NCBI RefSeq assembly: GCF_009914755.1
Contig: NC_060934.1
From: the human T2T-CHM13v2.0 reference genome, Homo sapiens
DNA length: 64,000 nucleotides
Reading direction: 5' to 3' (one strand)
Shown piece by piece: positions 52,201-64,000 of the stretch. The translations under genes and the position numbers were made by a program. Under the pieces are notes generated by a model. That model saw only the letters and a program-made list of their open reading frames with translations. It did no database searches and was not told the origin of the DNA. Position 1 is the stretch's first letter. Every line of letters starts with the position of its first letter.

Positions 52201-55200
52201 AGCAGTTTGGAAACACTATGTTTGTAAAGCCTGCAAGTGCTTTTTTGGACTTCATTGAGGCCTTCGTTGGAAACGGGATTTCTTCATATAATGCTAGACA
52301 GAAGAATTCTCAGTAACTTCTTTGTGTTGTGTGTATTCAAGTCACAGAGTTGAACCTTCTTTTAGACAGAGCAGTTTTGAAAAATTCTTTCTGTGGAATT
52401 TGCAAGTGGAGATTTCAAGCGATTTGAGGCTAATCTTTGAAATGGAAATATCTTCGTGTCAAAACTACACAGAATCATTCTCAGAAACTGCTTTGTTATC
52501 TGTGCGTTCAGTTCACAGAGTTTAACCTTTCTCTTCATAGAGCAGTTTGGAAAGACTCTATCTGTAAAGTCCGCAAGTGATTAGTTAGACCCCTTTGAGG
52601 CCTTCGTTGGAAGCGGGATTTCCCATTTACTGCTAGACAGAAGAATTCTCAGTAAATCCTTTGTGTTGTGTGTATTCAACTCACAGAGTGGAACCTTCCT
52701 TTATTCAGAGCACTTTTGAAAAACACTTTTTGTGGAATTTGCAAGTGGAGATTTCAAGCGATTTGACGCCAATCTTAGACATGGAAATATCTTCATATTA
52801 AAAGTACACAGAGTCATTCGTAAAAACTAGTTTGTGATGTGTGCCTTCAACTCACAGAGTTTAACCTTTCTTTTCATAGAGCAGTTTGGAAACACTCTAT
52901 TTGTAAAGTCTGCAAGTGGATATTTGGAGCTCTTTGAGGCCTTCGTTGGAAACGGGATTTCTTCATACAACGCTAGACAGAAGAATTCTCAGTAACTTCT
53001 TTGTGTTGTGTGTATTCAACTCACAGAGTTGAACCTTTCTTTAGAGAGAGCAGAGTTGAAACACTCTGTTTTTGGAATTTGCAAGTGCAGATTTCAAGCG
53101 ATTCTAGGCCTATGGCAGAAAAGGTAATATCTTCGTATAAAAACTACACAGAATCATTCTCAACAACTACTTTGTGATGTGTGCGTTCAACTCACAGAGT
53201 TTAACCTTTCTTTTCATAGAGCAGTTTGGAAACACTCTGTTTGTAAAGCCTGCAAGTGCTTTTTTGGACTTCATTGAGGCCTTCGTTGGAAACGGGATTT
53301 CTTCATATAATGCTAGACAGAAGAATTCTCAGTCACTTCTTTGTGTTGTGAGTATTCAAGTCACAGAGTTGAACCTTCCTTTAGACAGAGCAGTTTTGAA
53401 AAATTTTTTCTGTGGAGTTTGCAAGTGGAGATTTCAAGCGATTTCAGGCTAATCTTTGAAATGGAAATATCTTCGTGTAAAAACTACACAGAATCATTCT
53501 CAGAAACTGCTTTGTCATCTGTGCGTTCAGTTCACAGAGTATCACCTTTCTCTTCATAGAGCAGTTTGGAAAGACTCTCTCTGTAAAGTCTGCAAGTGAT
53601 TAGTTAGACCCCTTTGAGGCCTTCGTTGGAAGCGGGATTTCTCATTTACTGCTAGACAGAAGAATTCTCAGTAAATCCTTTGTGTTGCGTGTATTCAACT
53701 CACAGAGTGGAACCTTCCTTTATTCAGAGCAGTTTTGAAAAACACTTTTTGTGGAATTTGCAAGTGGAGATTTCAAGCGATTTGACGCCAATCTTAGACA
53801 TGGAAATATCTTCATATTAAAAGTACACAGAGTCATTCGTAGAAACTAGTTTGTGATGTGTGCCTTCAACTCACAAAGTTTAACCTTTCTTTTCATAGAG
53901 CAGTTTGGAAACACTCTATTTGTAAAGTCTGCAAGTGGATATTTGGACCTCTTTGAGGCCTTCTTTGGAAACGGGATTTCTTCATACAACGCCAGACAGA
54001 AGAATTCTCAGTAACTTCTTTGTGTTGTGTGTATTCAACTCACAGAGTTGAACCTTTCTTTAGAGAGAGCAGAGTTGAAACACTCTGTTTTTGGAATTTG
54101 CAAGTGCAGATTTCAAGCGATTCTAGGCCTATGGCAGAAAAGGAAATATCTTCGTATAAAAACTACACAGAATCATTCTCAACAACTACTTTGTGATGTG
54201 TGCGTTCAACTCACAGAGTTTAACCTTTCTTTTCATAGAGCAGTTTGGAAACACTCTGTTTGTAAAGCCTGCAAGTGCTTTTTTGGACTTCATTGAGGCC
54301 TTCGTTGGAAACGGGATTTCTTCATATAATGCTAGACAGAAGAATTCTCAGTCACTTCTTTGTGTTGTGTGTATTCAAGTCACAGAGTTGAAACTTCCTT
54401 TAGACAGAGCAGTTTTGAAAAATTCTTTCTGTGGAATTTGCAAGTGGAGATTTCAAGCGATTTGAGGCTAATCTTTGAAATGGAAATATCTTCGTGTAAA
54501 AACTACACAGAATCATTCTCAGAAACTGCTTTGTCATCTGTGCGTTCAGTTCACAGAGTTTCACCTTTCTCTTCATAGAGCAGTTTGGAAAGACTCTGTC
54601 TCTAAAGTCTGCAAGTGATTAGTTAGACCCCTTTGAGGCCTTCGTTGGAAGCGGGATTTCTCATTTACTGCTAGACAGAAGAATTCTCAGTAAATCCTTT
54701 GTGTTGTGTGTATTCAACTCACAGAGTGGAACCTTCCTTTATTCAGAGCAGTTTTGAAACACTGTTCTTGTGGAATTTGCAAGTGGAGATTTCAAGCGAT
54801 TTGACGCCAATCTTAGACATGGAAATATCTTCATATTAAAAGTACACAGAGTCATTCGTAGAAACTAGTTTGTGATGTGTGCCTTCAACTCACAGTTTAA
54901 CCTTTCTTTTCATAGAGCAGTTGGGAAACACTCTATTTGTAAAGTCTGCAAGTGGATATTTGGACCTCTTTGAGGCCTTCGTTGGAAACGGGATTTCTTC
55001 ATATAACGCTATACAGAAGAATTCTCAGTAACTTCTTTGTGTTGTGTGTATTCAACTCACCGAGCTGAACCTTTCTTTAGAGAGAGCAGAGTTGAAACAC
55101 TCTTCTTGTGGAATTTGCTAGTGTAGATTTCAAACGCTTCAAAGACAGTGATAGAAAAGGATATATCTTCGTATTAAAACTAGACAAAATCATTCTCAGA

Positions 55201-55995
55201 AAACACTTTGTGATGTGTGTGTTCAACTCACAGAGTTTAACCTTTCTTTAATCGAGCAGTTTGGAAATACACTCTTTGTAAGTCTGCAGGTGGATAATTG
55301 GCCCTCTTTGAGCCCTTCGTTGGAAACGGGATTTCCTCATATAATGCTAGACAGAAGAATTCTCAGTAACTTCTTTGTGTTGTTTGTATTCAACTCACAG
55401 ATTTGAACCTTCCTTTAGAGAGAGCAGATTTGAAACACTCTGTTTTTGGAATTTGCAAGTGCAGATTTAAAGCGCTTATAGGCCTATGGCAGAAAAGGAA
55501 ATATCTTCGTATAAAAACTACACAGAATCATTCTCAACAACTACTTTGTGATGTGTGCGTTCAACTCACAGAGTTTAACCTTTCTTTTCATAGAGCAGTT
55601 TGGAAACACTCTGTTTGTAAAGCCTGCAAGTGCTTTTTTGGACTTCATTGAGGCCTTCGTTGGAAACGGGATTTCTTCATATAATGCTAGACAGAAGAAT
55701 TCTCAGTCACTTCTTTGTGTTGTGTGTATTCAAGTCACAGAGTTGAACCTTCTTTTAGACAGAGCAGTTTTGAAAAATTCTTTCTGTGGAATTTGCAAGT
55801 GGAGATTTCAACCGACTTGAGGCTAATCTTTGAAATGGAAATATCTTCGTGTCAAAACTACACAGAATCATTCTCAGAAACTGCTTTGTTATCTGTCCGT
55901 TCAGTTCAGAGAGTTTCACCTTTCTCTTCATAGAGCAGTTTGGAAAGACTCTGTCTGTAAAGTCTGCAAGTGATTAGTTAGACCCCTTTGAGGCC

Positions 55996-58372
55996 TTCGT
56001 TGGAAGCGGGATTTCTCATTTACTGCTAGACAGAAGAATTCTCAGTAAATCCTTTGTGTTGTGTGTATTCAACTCACAGAGTGGAACCTTCCTTTATTCA
56101 GAGCAGTTTTGAAAAACACTTTTTGTGGAATTTGCAAGTGGAGATTTCAAGCGATTTGACGCCAATCTTAGACATGGAAAAATCTTCATATTAAAAGTAC
56201 ACAGAGTCATTCGCAGAAACTAGTTTGTGATGTGTGCCTTCAACTCACAGAGTTTAACTTTTCTTTTCATAGAGCAGTTTGGAAACACTCTGTTTGTAAC
56301 GTCTGCAAGTGGATATTTGGACCTCTTTGAGGCCTTCGTTGGAAACGGGATTTCTTCATACAACGCTAGACAGAAGAATTCTCAGTAACTTCTTTGTGTT
56401 GTGTGTATTCAACTCACAGAGTTGAACCTTTCTTTAGAGAGAGCAGAGTTGAAACACTCTGTTTTTGGAATTTGCAAGTGCAGATTTCAAGCGATTCTAG
56501 GCCTATGGCAGAAAAGGAAATATCTTCGTATAAAAACTACACAGAATCATTCTCAACAACTACTTTGTGATGTGTGCGTTCAACTCACAAAGTTTAACCT
56601 TTCTTTTCATAGAGAAGTTTGGAAACACTCTGTTTGTAAAGCCTGCAATTGCTTTTTTGGACTTCATTGAGGCCTTCGTTGGAAACGGGATTTCTTCATA
56701 TAATGCTAGACAGAAGAATTCTCAGTAAATCCTTTGTGTTGTGTTTATTCAACTCACAGAGTGGAACCTTCCTTTATTCAGAGCAGTTTTGAAACACTCT
56801 TTTTGTGGAATTTGCAAGTGGAGATTTCAAGCGATTTGACGCCAATCTTAGACATGGAAATATCTTCATATTAAAAGTACACAGAATCATTCGTAGAAAC
56901 TAGTTTGTGATGTGTGCCTTCAACTCACAGAGTTTAACCTTTCTTTTCATAGAGCAGTTGGGAAACACTCTATTTGTAAAGTCTGCAAGTGGATATTTGG
57001 ACCTCTTTGAGGCCTTCGTTGGAAACGGGATTTCTTCATATAACGCTAGACAGAAGAATTCTCAGTAACTTCTTTGTGTTGTGTGTATTCAACTCACAGA
57101 GTTGAACCTTTCTTTAGAGAGAGCAGAGGTGAAACAGTCTTTTTGTGGAATTTGCTAGTGTAGATTTCAAACGCTTCGAAGTCAGTGATAGAAAAGGATA
57201 TATCTTCGTATTAAAAGTAGACAAAATCATTCTCAGAAAACTCTTTGTGATGTGTGTGTTCAACTCACAGAGTTTAACCTTTCTTTAACCGAGCAGTTTG
57301 GAAATACACTCTTTGTAAGTCTGCAGGTGGATATTTGGCCCTCTTTGAGCCCTTCTTTCGAAACGGGATTTCCTCTTATAATGCTAGACAGAAGAATTCT
57401 CAGTAACTTCTCTGTGTTGTTTGTATTCAACTCACAGATTTGAACCTTCCTTTAGAGAGAGCAGATTTGAAACATTCTGTTTTTGGAATTTGCAAGTGCA
57501 GATTTCAAGCACTTCTAGGCCTATGGCAGAAAAGGAAATATCTTCGTATAAAAACTACACAGAATCATTCTCAACAACTACTTTGTGATGTGTGCGTTCA
57601 ACTCACAGAGTTTAACCTTTCTTTTCATAGAGCAGTTTGGAAACACTCTGTTTGTAAAGCCTGCAAGTGCTTTTTTGGACTTCATTGAGGCCTTCTTTGG
57701 AAACGGGATTTCTTCATACAACGCTAGACAGAAGAATTCTCAGTAACTTCTTTGTGTTGTGTGTATTCAACTCACAGAGTTGAACCTTTCTTTAGAGAGA
57801 GCAGAGTTGAAACACTCTGTTTTTGGAATTTGCAAGTGCAGATTTCAAGCGATTCTAGGCCTATGGCAGAAAAGGTAATATCTTCGTATAAAAACTACAC
57901 AGAATCATTCTCAACAACTACTTTGTGATGTGTGCGTTCAACTCACAGAGTTTAACCTTTCTTTTCATAGAGCAGTTTGGAAACACTCTGTTTGTAAAGC
58001 CTGCAAGTGCTTTTTTGGACTTCATTGAGGCCTTCGTTGGAAACGGGATTTCTTCATATAATGCTAGACAGAAGAATTCTCAGTCACTTCTTTGTGTTGT
58101 GAGTATTCAAGTCACAGAGTTGAACCTTCCTTTAGACAGAGCAGTTTTGAAAAATTCTTTCTGTGGAGTTTGCAAGTGGAGATTTCAAGCGATTTGAGGC
58201 TAATCTTTGAAATGGAAATATCTTCGTGTAAAAACTACACAGAATCATTCTCAGAAACTGCTTTGTCATCTGTGCGTTCAGTTCACAGAGTATCACCTTT
58301 CTCTTCATAGAGCAGTTTGGAAAGACTCTGTCTGTAAAGTCTGCAAGTGATTAGTTAGACCCCTTTGAGGCC
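55996..58372 (+). repeat. 14-mer variant A-C'-A*-B-C-C'-D, 2377 bp
   Basis: Dimer order read from diagnostic motifs; the length equals the dimer sum. Confidence 0.87.
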
Positions 58373-60748
58373 TTCGTTGGAAGTGGGATTTCTCATTTAC
58401 TGCTAGACAGAAGAATTCTCAGTAAATCCTTTGTGTTGTGTGTATTCAACTCACAGAGTGGAACCTTCCTTTATTCAGAGCAGTTTTGAAAAACACTTTT
58501 TGTGGAATTTGCAAGTGGAGATTTCAAGCGATTTGACGCCAATCTTAGACATGGAAATATCTTCATATTAAAAGTACACAGAGTCATTCGTAGAAACTAG
58601 TTTGTGATGTGTGCCTTCAACTCACAGAGTTTAACCTTTCTTTTCATAGAGCAGTTTGGAAACACTCTATTTGTAAAGTCTGCAAGTGGATATTTGGACC
58701 TCTTTGAGGCCTTCGTTGGAAACGGGATTTCTTCATACAACGCTAGACAGAAGAATTCTCAGTAACTTCTTTGTGTTGTGTGTATTCAACTCACAGAGTT
58801 GAACCTTTCTTTAGAGAGAGCAGAGTTGAAACACTCTGTTTTTGGAATTTGCAATTGCAGATTTCAAGCGATTCTAGGCCTATGGCAGAAAAGGAAATAT
58901 CTTCGTATAAAAACTACACAGAATCATTCTCAACAACTACTTTGTGATGTGTGCGTTCAACTCACAGAGTTTAACCTTTCTTTTCATAGAGCAGTTTGGA
59001 AACACTCTGTTTGTAAAGCCTGCAAGTGCTTTTTTGGACTTCATTGAGGCCTTCGTTGGAAACGGGATTTCTTCATATAATGCTAGACAGAAGAATTCTC
59101 AGTCACTTCTTTGTGTTGTGTGTATTCAAGTCACAGAGTTGAAACTTCCTTTAGACAGAGCAGTTTTGAAAAATTCTTTCTGTGGAATTTGCAAGTGGAG
59201 ATTTCAAGCGATTTGAGGCTAATCTTTGAAATGGAAATATCTTCGTGTAAAAACTACACAGAATCATTCTCAGAAACTGCTTTGTCATCTGTGCGTTCAG
59301 TTCACAGAGTTTCACCTTTCTCTTCATAGAGCAGTTTGGAAAGACTCTGTCTCTAAAGTCTGCAAGTGATTAGTTAGACCCCTTTGAGGCCTTCGTTGGA
59401 AGCGGGATTTCTCATTTACTGCTAGAAAGAAGAATTCTCAGTAAATCCTTTGTGTTGTGTGTATTCAACTCACAGAGTGGAACCTTCCTTTATTCAGAGC
59501 AGTTTTGAAACACTCTTCTTGTGGAATTTGCAAGTGGAGATTTCAAGCGATTTGACGCCAATCTTAGACATGGAAATATCTTCATATTAAAAGTACACAG
59601 AGTCATTCGTAGAAACTAGATTGTGATGTGTGCCTTCAACTCACAGAGTTTAACCTTTCTTTTCATAGAGCAGTTCGGAAACACTCTATTTGTAAAGTCT
59701 GCAAGTGGATATTTGGACCTCTTTGAGGCCTTCGTTGGAAACGGGATTTCTTCATATAAAGCTAGACAGAAGAATTTTCAGTAACTTCTTTGTGTTGTGT
59801 GTATTCAACTCACAGAGTTGAACCTTTCTTTAGAGAGAGCAGAGTTGAAACACTCTTTTTGTGGAATTTGCTAGTGCAGATTTCAAACGCTTCGAAGACA
59901 GTGATAGCAAAGGATATACCTTCGTATTAAAACTAGACAAAATCATTCTCAGAAAACACTTTGTGATGTGTGTGTTCAACTCACAGAGTTTAACCTTTCT
60001 TTAATCGAGCAGTTTGGAAATACACTCTTTGTAAGTCTGCAGGTGGATAATTGGCCCTCTTTGAGCCCTTCGTTGGAAACGGGATTTCCTCATATAATGC
60101 TAGACAGAAGAATTCTCAGTAAATTCTTTGTGTTGTTTGTATTCAACTCACAGATTTGAACCTTCCTTTAGAGAGGGCAGATTTGAAACACTCTGTTTTT
60201 GGAATTAGCAAGTGCAGATTTCAAACGCTTCTAGGCCTATGGCAGAAAAGGAAATATCTTCGTATAAAAACTACACAGAATCATTCTCAACAACTACTTT
60301 GTGATGTGTGCGTTCAACTCACAGAGTTTAACCTTTCTTTTCATAGAGCAGTTTGGAAACACTCTGTTTGTAACGCGTGCAAGTGCTTTTTTGGACTTCA
60401 TTGAGGCCTTCGTTGGAAACGGGATTTCTTCATATAATGCTAGACGGAAGAATTCTCAGTCACTTCTTTGTGTTGTGTGTATTCAAGTCACAGAGTTGAA
60501 CCTTCCTTTAGACAGAGTAGTTTTGAAAAATTCTTTCTGTGGAGTTTGCAAGTGGAGATTTCAAGCGATTTGAGGCTAATCTTTGAAATGGAAATATCTT
60601 CGTGTAAAAACTACACAGAAGCATTCTCAGAAACTGCTTTGTCATCTGTGCGTTCAGTTCACAGAGTTTCACCTTTCTCTTCATACAGCAGTTTGGAAAG
60701 ACTCTGTCTGTAAAGTCTGCAAGTGATTAGTTAGACCCCTTTGAGGCC

Positions 60749-63123
60749 TTCGTTGGAAGCGGGATTTCTCATTTACTGCTAGACAGAAGAATTCTCAGTA
60801 AATCCTTTGTGTTGTGTGTATTCAACTCACAGAGTGGAACCTTCCTTTATTCAGAGCAGTTTTGAAACACTCTTTTTGTGGAATTTGCAAGTGGAGATTT
60901 CAAGCGATTTGACGCCAATCTTAGACATGGAAATATCTTCATATTAAAAGTACACAGAGTCATTCGTAGAAACTAGTTTGTGATGTGTGCCTTCAACTCA
61001 CAGAGTTTAACCTTTCTTTTCATAGAGCAGTTCAGAAACACTCTATTTGTAAAGTCTGCAAGTGGATATTTGGACCTCTTTGAGGCCTTCGTTGGAAACG
61101 GGATTTCTTCATATAACGCTAGACAGAAGAATTCTCAGTAACTTCTTTGTGTTGTGTGTATTCAACTTACAGAGTTGAACCTTTCTTTAGAGAGAGCAGA
61201 GTTGAAACACTCTTTTTGTGTAATTTGCTAATGCAGATTTCAAACGCTTCGAAGACAGTGATAGCAAAGGATATATCTTCGTATTAAAACTAGACAAAAT
61301 CATTCTCAGAAAACACTTTGTGATGTGTGTGTTCAACTCACAGAGTTTAACCTTTCTTTAATCGAGCAGTTTGGAAATACACTCTATGTAAGTCTGCAGG
61401 TGGATAATTGTCCCTCTTTGAGCCCTTCGTTGGAAACGGAATTTCCTCATATAATGCTAGACAGAAGAATTCTCAGTAACTTCTTTGTTTTGTTTGTATT
61501 CAACTCACAGATTTGAACCTTCCTTTAGAGAGAGCAGATTTGAAACACTCTGTTTTTGGAATTTGCAAGTGCAGATTTCAAGCGCTTCTAGGCCTATGGC
61601 AGAAAAGGAATTATCTTCGTATAAAAACTACACAGAATCATTCTCAACAACTACTTTGTGATGTGTGCGTACAACTCACAAAGTTTAACCTTTCTTTTCA
61701 TAGAGCAGTTTGGAAACACTCTGTTTGTAAAGCCTGCAAGTGCTTTTTTGGACTTCATTGAGGCCTTCGTTGGAAACGGGATTTCTTCATACAATGCTAG
61801 ACAGAAGAATTCTCAGTAAATCCTTTGTGTTGTGTTTATACAACTCACAGAGTGGAACCTTCCTTTATTCAGAGCAGTTTTGAAACACTCTTTTTGTGGA
61901 ATTTGCAAGTGGAGATTTCAAGCGATTTGACGTCAATCTTAGACATGGAAATATCTTCATATTAAAAGTACACAGAATCATTCGTAGAAACTAGTTTGTG
62001 ATGTGTGCCTTCAACTCACAGAGTTTAACCTTTCTTTTCATAGAGCAGTTCGGAAACACTCTATTTGTAAAGTCTGCAAGTGGATATTTGGACCTCTTTG
62101 AGGCCTTCGTTGGAAAAGGGATTTCTTCATATAACGCTAGACAGAAGAATTTTCAGTAACTTCTTTGTGTTGTGTGTATTCAACTCACAGAGTTGAACTT
62201 TTCTTTAGAGAGAGCAGAGTTGTACCACTCTTTTTGTGGAATTTGCTAGTGCAGATTTCAAACGCTTCGAAGACAGTGATAGAAAAGGATATATCTTCAT
62301 ATTAAAACTAGACAAAATCATTCTCAGAAAACACTTTGTGATGTGTGTGTTCAACTCAAAGAGTTTAACCTTTCTTTAATCGAGCAGTTTGGAAATACAC
62401 TCTTTGTAAGTCTTCAGGTGGATAATTGGCCCTCTTTGAGCCCTTCGTTGGAAACGGGATTTCCTCATATAATGCTAGACAGAAGAATTCTCAGTAACTT
62501 CTTTGTGTTGTTTGTATTCAACTCACAGATTTGAACCTTCCTTTAGAGAGAGCAGATTTGAAACACTCTGTTTTTGGAATTTGCAAGTGCAGATTTCAAG
62601 CGCTTCTAGGCCTATGGCAGAAAAGGAAATATCTTCGTATAAAAACTACACAGAATCATTCTCAACAACTACTTTGTGATGTGTGCGTTCAACTCACAGA
62701 GTTTAAACTTTCTTTTCATAGAGCAGTTTGGAAACACTCTGTTTGTAAAGCCTGCAAGTGCTTTTTTGGACTTCATTGAGGCCTTCGTTGGAAACGGGAT
62801 TTCTTCATATAATGCTAGACAGAAGAATTCTCAGTCACTTCTTTGTGTTGTGTGTATTCAAGTCACAGAGTTGAACCTTCTTTTAGACAGAGCAGTTTTG
62901 AAAAATTCTTTCTGTGGAATTTGCAAGTGGAGATTTCAAGCGATTTGAGGCTAATCTTTGAAATGGAAATATCTTCGTGTCAAAACTACACAGAATCATT
63001 CTCAGAAACTGCTTTGTTATCTGTGCGTTCAGTTCACAGAGTTTCACCTTTCTCTTCATAGAGCAGTTTGGAAAGACTCTGTCTGTAAAGTCCGCAAGTG
63101 ATTAGTTAGACCCCTTTGAGGCC
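60749..63123 (+). repeat. 14-mer variant A-B-C-A*-B-C-D, 2375 bp
   Basis: B-marker ORFs at 61325 and 62343 are 1018 bp apart with no D between them, and A* starts at ~61766. Confidence 0.87.
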
Positions 63124-64000
63124 TTCGTTGGAAGCGGGATTTCCCATTTACTGCTAGACAGAAGAATTCTCAGTAAATCCTTTGTGTTGTGTGTATTCAA
63201 CTCACAGAGTGGAACCTTCCTTTATTCAGAGCACTTTTGAAAAACACTTTTTGTGGAATTTGCAAGTGGAGATTTCAAGCGATTTGACGCCAATCTTAGA
63301 CATGGAAATATCTTCATATTAAAAGTACACAGAGTCATTCGTAAAAACTAGTTTGTGATGTGTGCCTTCAACTCACAGAGTTTAACCTTTCTTTTCATAG
63401 AGCAGTTTGGAAACACTCTATTTGTAAAGTCTGCAAGTGGATATTTGGACCTCTTTGAGGCCTTCGTTGGAAACGGGATTTCTTCATACAACGCTAGACA
63501 GAAGAATTCTCAGTAACTTCTTTGTGTTGTGTGTATTCAACTCACAGAGTTGAACCTTTCTTTAGAGAGAGCAGAGTTGAAACACTCTGTTTTTGGAATT
63601 TGCAAGTGCAGATATCAAGCGCTTCTAGGCCTATGGCAGAAAAGGAAATATCTTCATATAAAAACTGCACAGAATCATTCTCAACAACTAATTTGTGATG
63701 TGTGCGTTCAACTCACAAAGTTTAACCTTTCTCTTCATAGAGCAGTTTGGAAACACTCTGTTTGTAAAGCCTGCAATTGCTTTTTTGGACTTCATTGAGG
63801 CCTTCGTTGGAAACGGGATTTCTTCATATAATGCTAGACAGAAGAATTCTCAGTCACTTCTTTGTGTTGTGTGTATTCAAGTCACAGGGTTGAACCTTCC
63901 TTTAGACAGAGCAGTTTTGAAAAATTCTTTCTGTGGAGTTTGCAAGTGGAGATTTCAAGCGATTTGAGGCTAATCTTTGAAATGGAAATATCTTCGTGTA

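Larger units (their letters stand above)
1..64000 (+). repeat. Centromeric alpha-satellite HOR array, dimeric SF1 (J1/J2-type) family, ~377 monomers, single orientation
   Basis: Tandem ~170-bp units match the alphoid consensus (CATTCTCAGAAAC..TTTGTGATGTGTG..TTCAACTCACAGAGTT.AACCTT). A CENP-B box occurs in alternate monomers and GAATTC recurs every ~340 bp. HOR copies are near-identical and no non-satellite sequence was seen. Confidence 0.98.
1..64000 (+). other. Probable identity: human chromosome 10 live HOR array (D10Z1 / S1C10H1L); chr12 D12Z3 is the alternative SF1 8-mer
   Basis: SF1 8-mer with abundant 6-mer and 10-mer variants, usually one RsaI site (GTAC) in dimer A and one PstI site (CTGCAG) in dimer B. 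The assignment is from recalled knowledge of SF1 arrays, not from an alignment. Confidence 0.65.
32580..64000 (+). repeat. Structurally mixed, more diverged domain with unit order 6,8,6,12,8,10',8,10,12,6,12',8,12,6,6,8,14,6,8,14',6(partial)
   Basis: Spacings of 1019, 1355, 1357, 1697, 2035, 2037, 2375 and 2377 bp between GAAGC-type A boxes, each explained by dimer sums, plus many more private SNVs. Confidence 0.9.

Noticed and set aside
577-63967. Recurrent 63-92 aa ORFs (MCVQLTEF..., MNLPLERA..., MMCAFNSQ..., MCCVYSSH...)
   Set aside because: They are overlapping-frame translations of satellite monomers, many starting at GTG or TTG. They recur at HOR periodicity and have no recognisable domain or gene structure. 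I used them only as positional markers.
1-64000. CRISPR-like appearance of short conserved motifs with regular spacing
   Set aside because: The intervening sequence is itself repeated satellite, not unique spacers, and there are no cas genes.
1-64000. L1/Alu insertion, inversion or unique sequence island
   Set aside because: Unit lengths sum exactly to the coordinates, leaving no room for an insert. All boxes are on the + strand and there are no poly-A tails.

Overview
The whole 64 kb is uninterrupted, single-orientation primate (almost certainly human) centromeric alpha-satellite higher-order repeat (HOR) DNA of the dimeric suprachromosomal family 1 type. Monomers are ~170 bp, with a CENP-B box and an EcoRI site about every 340 bp. 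The base HOR is a 1357-bp 8-mer of four dimers, which I label A (339 bp), B (338), C (340) and D (340), each counted from a CENP-B box. The best guess is chr10 D10Z1; chr12 D12Z3 is the alternative. I see no genes, RNA genes, transposons or inversions, and all ORFs are repeat artefacts. I found no new coding system. The structure of interest is the array architecture. There are 41 complete units plus one partial: 13 8-mers, 14 ABCC'D 10-mers, 7 AC'D 6-mers, 3 AC'A*BCD 12-mers, and single AC'BCD, ABCB'CD, AC'A*BCC'D and ABCA*BCD units. Their lengths sum exactly to 63,123 bp. A homogeneous left domain with nested super-repeats changes near 33 kb into a more diverged, mosaic right domain, and one CENP-B box position carries many different inactivating alleles.
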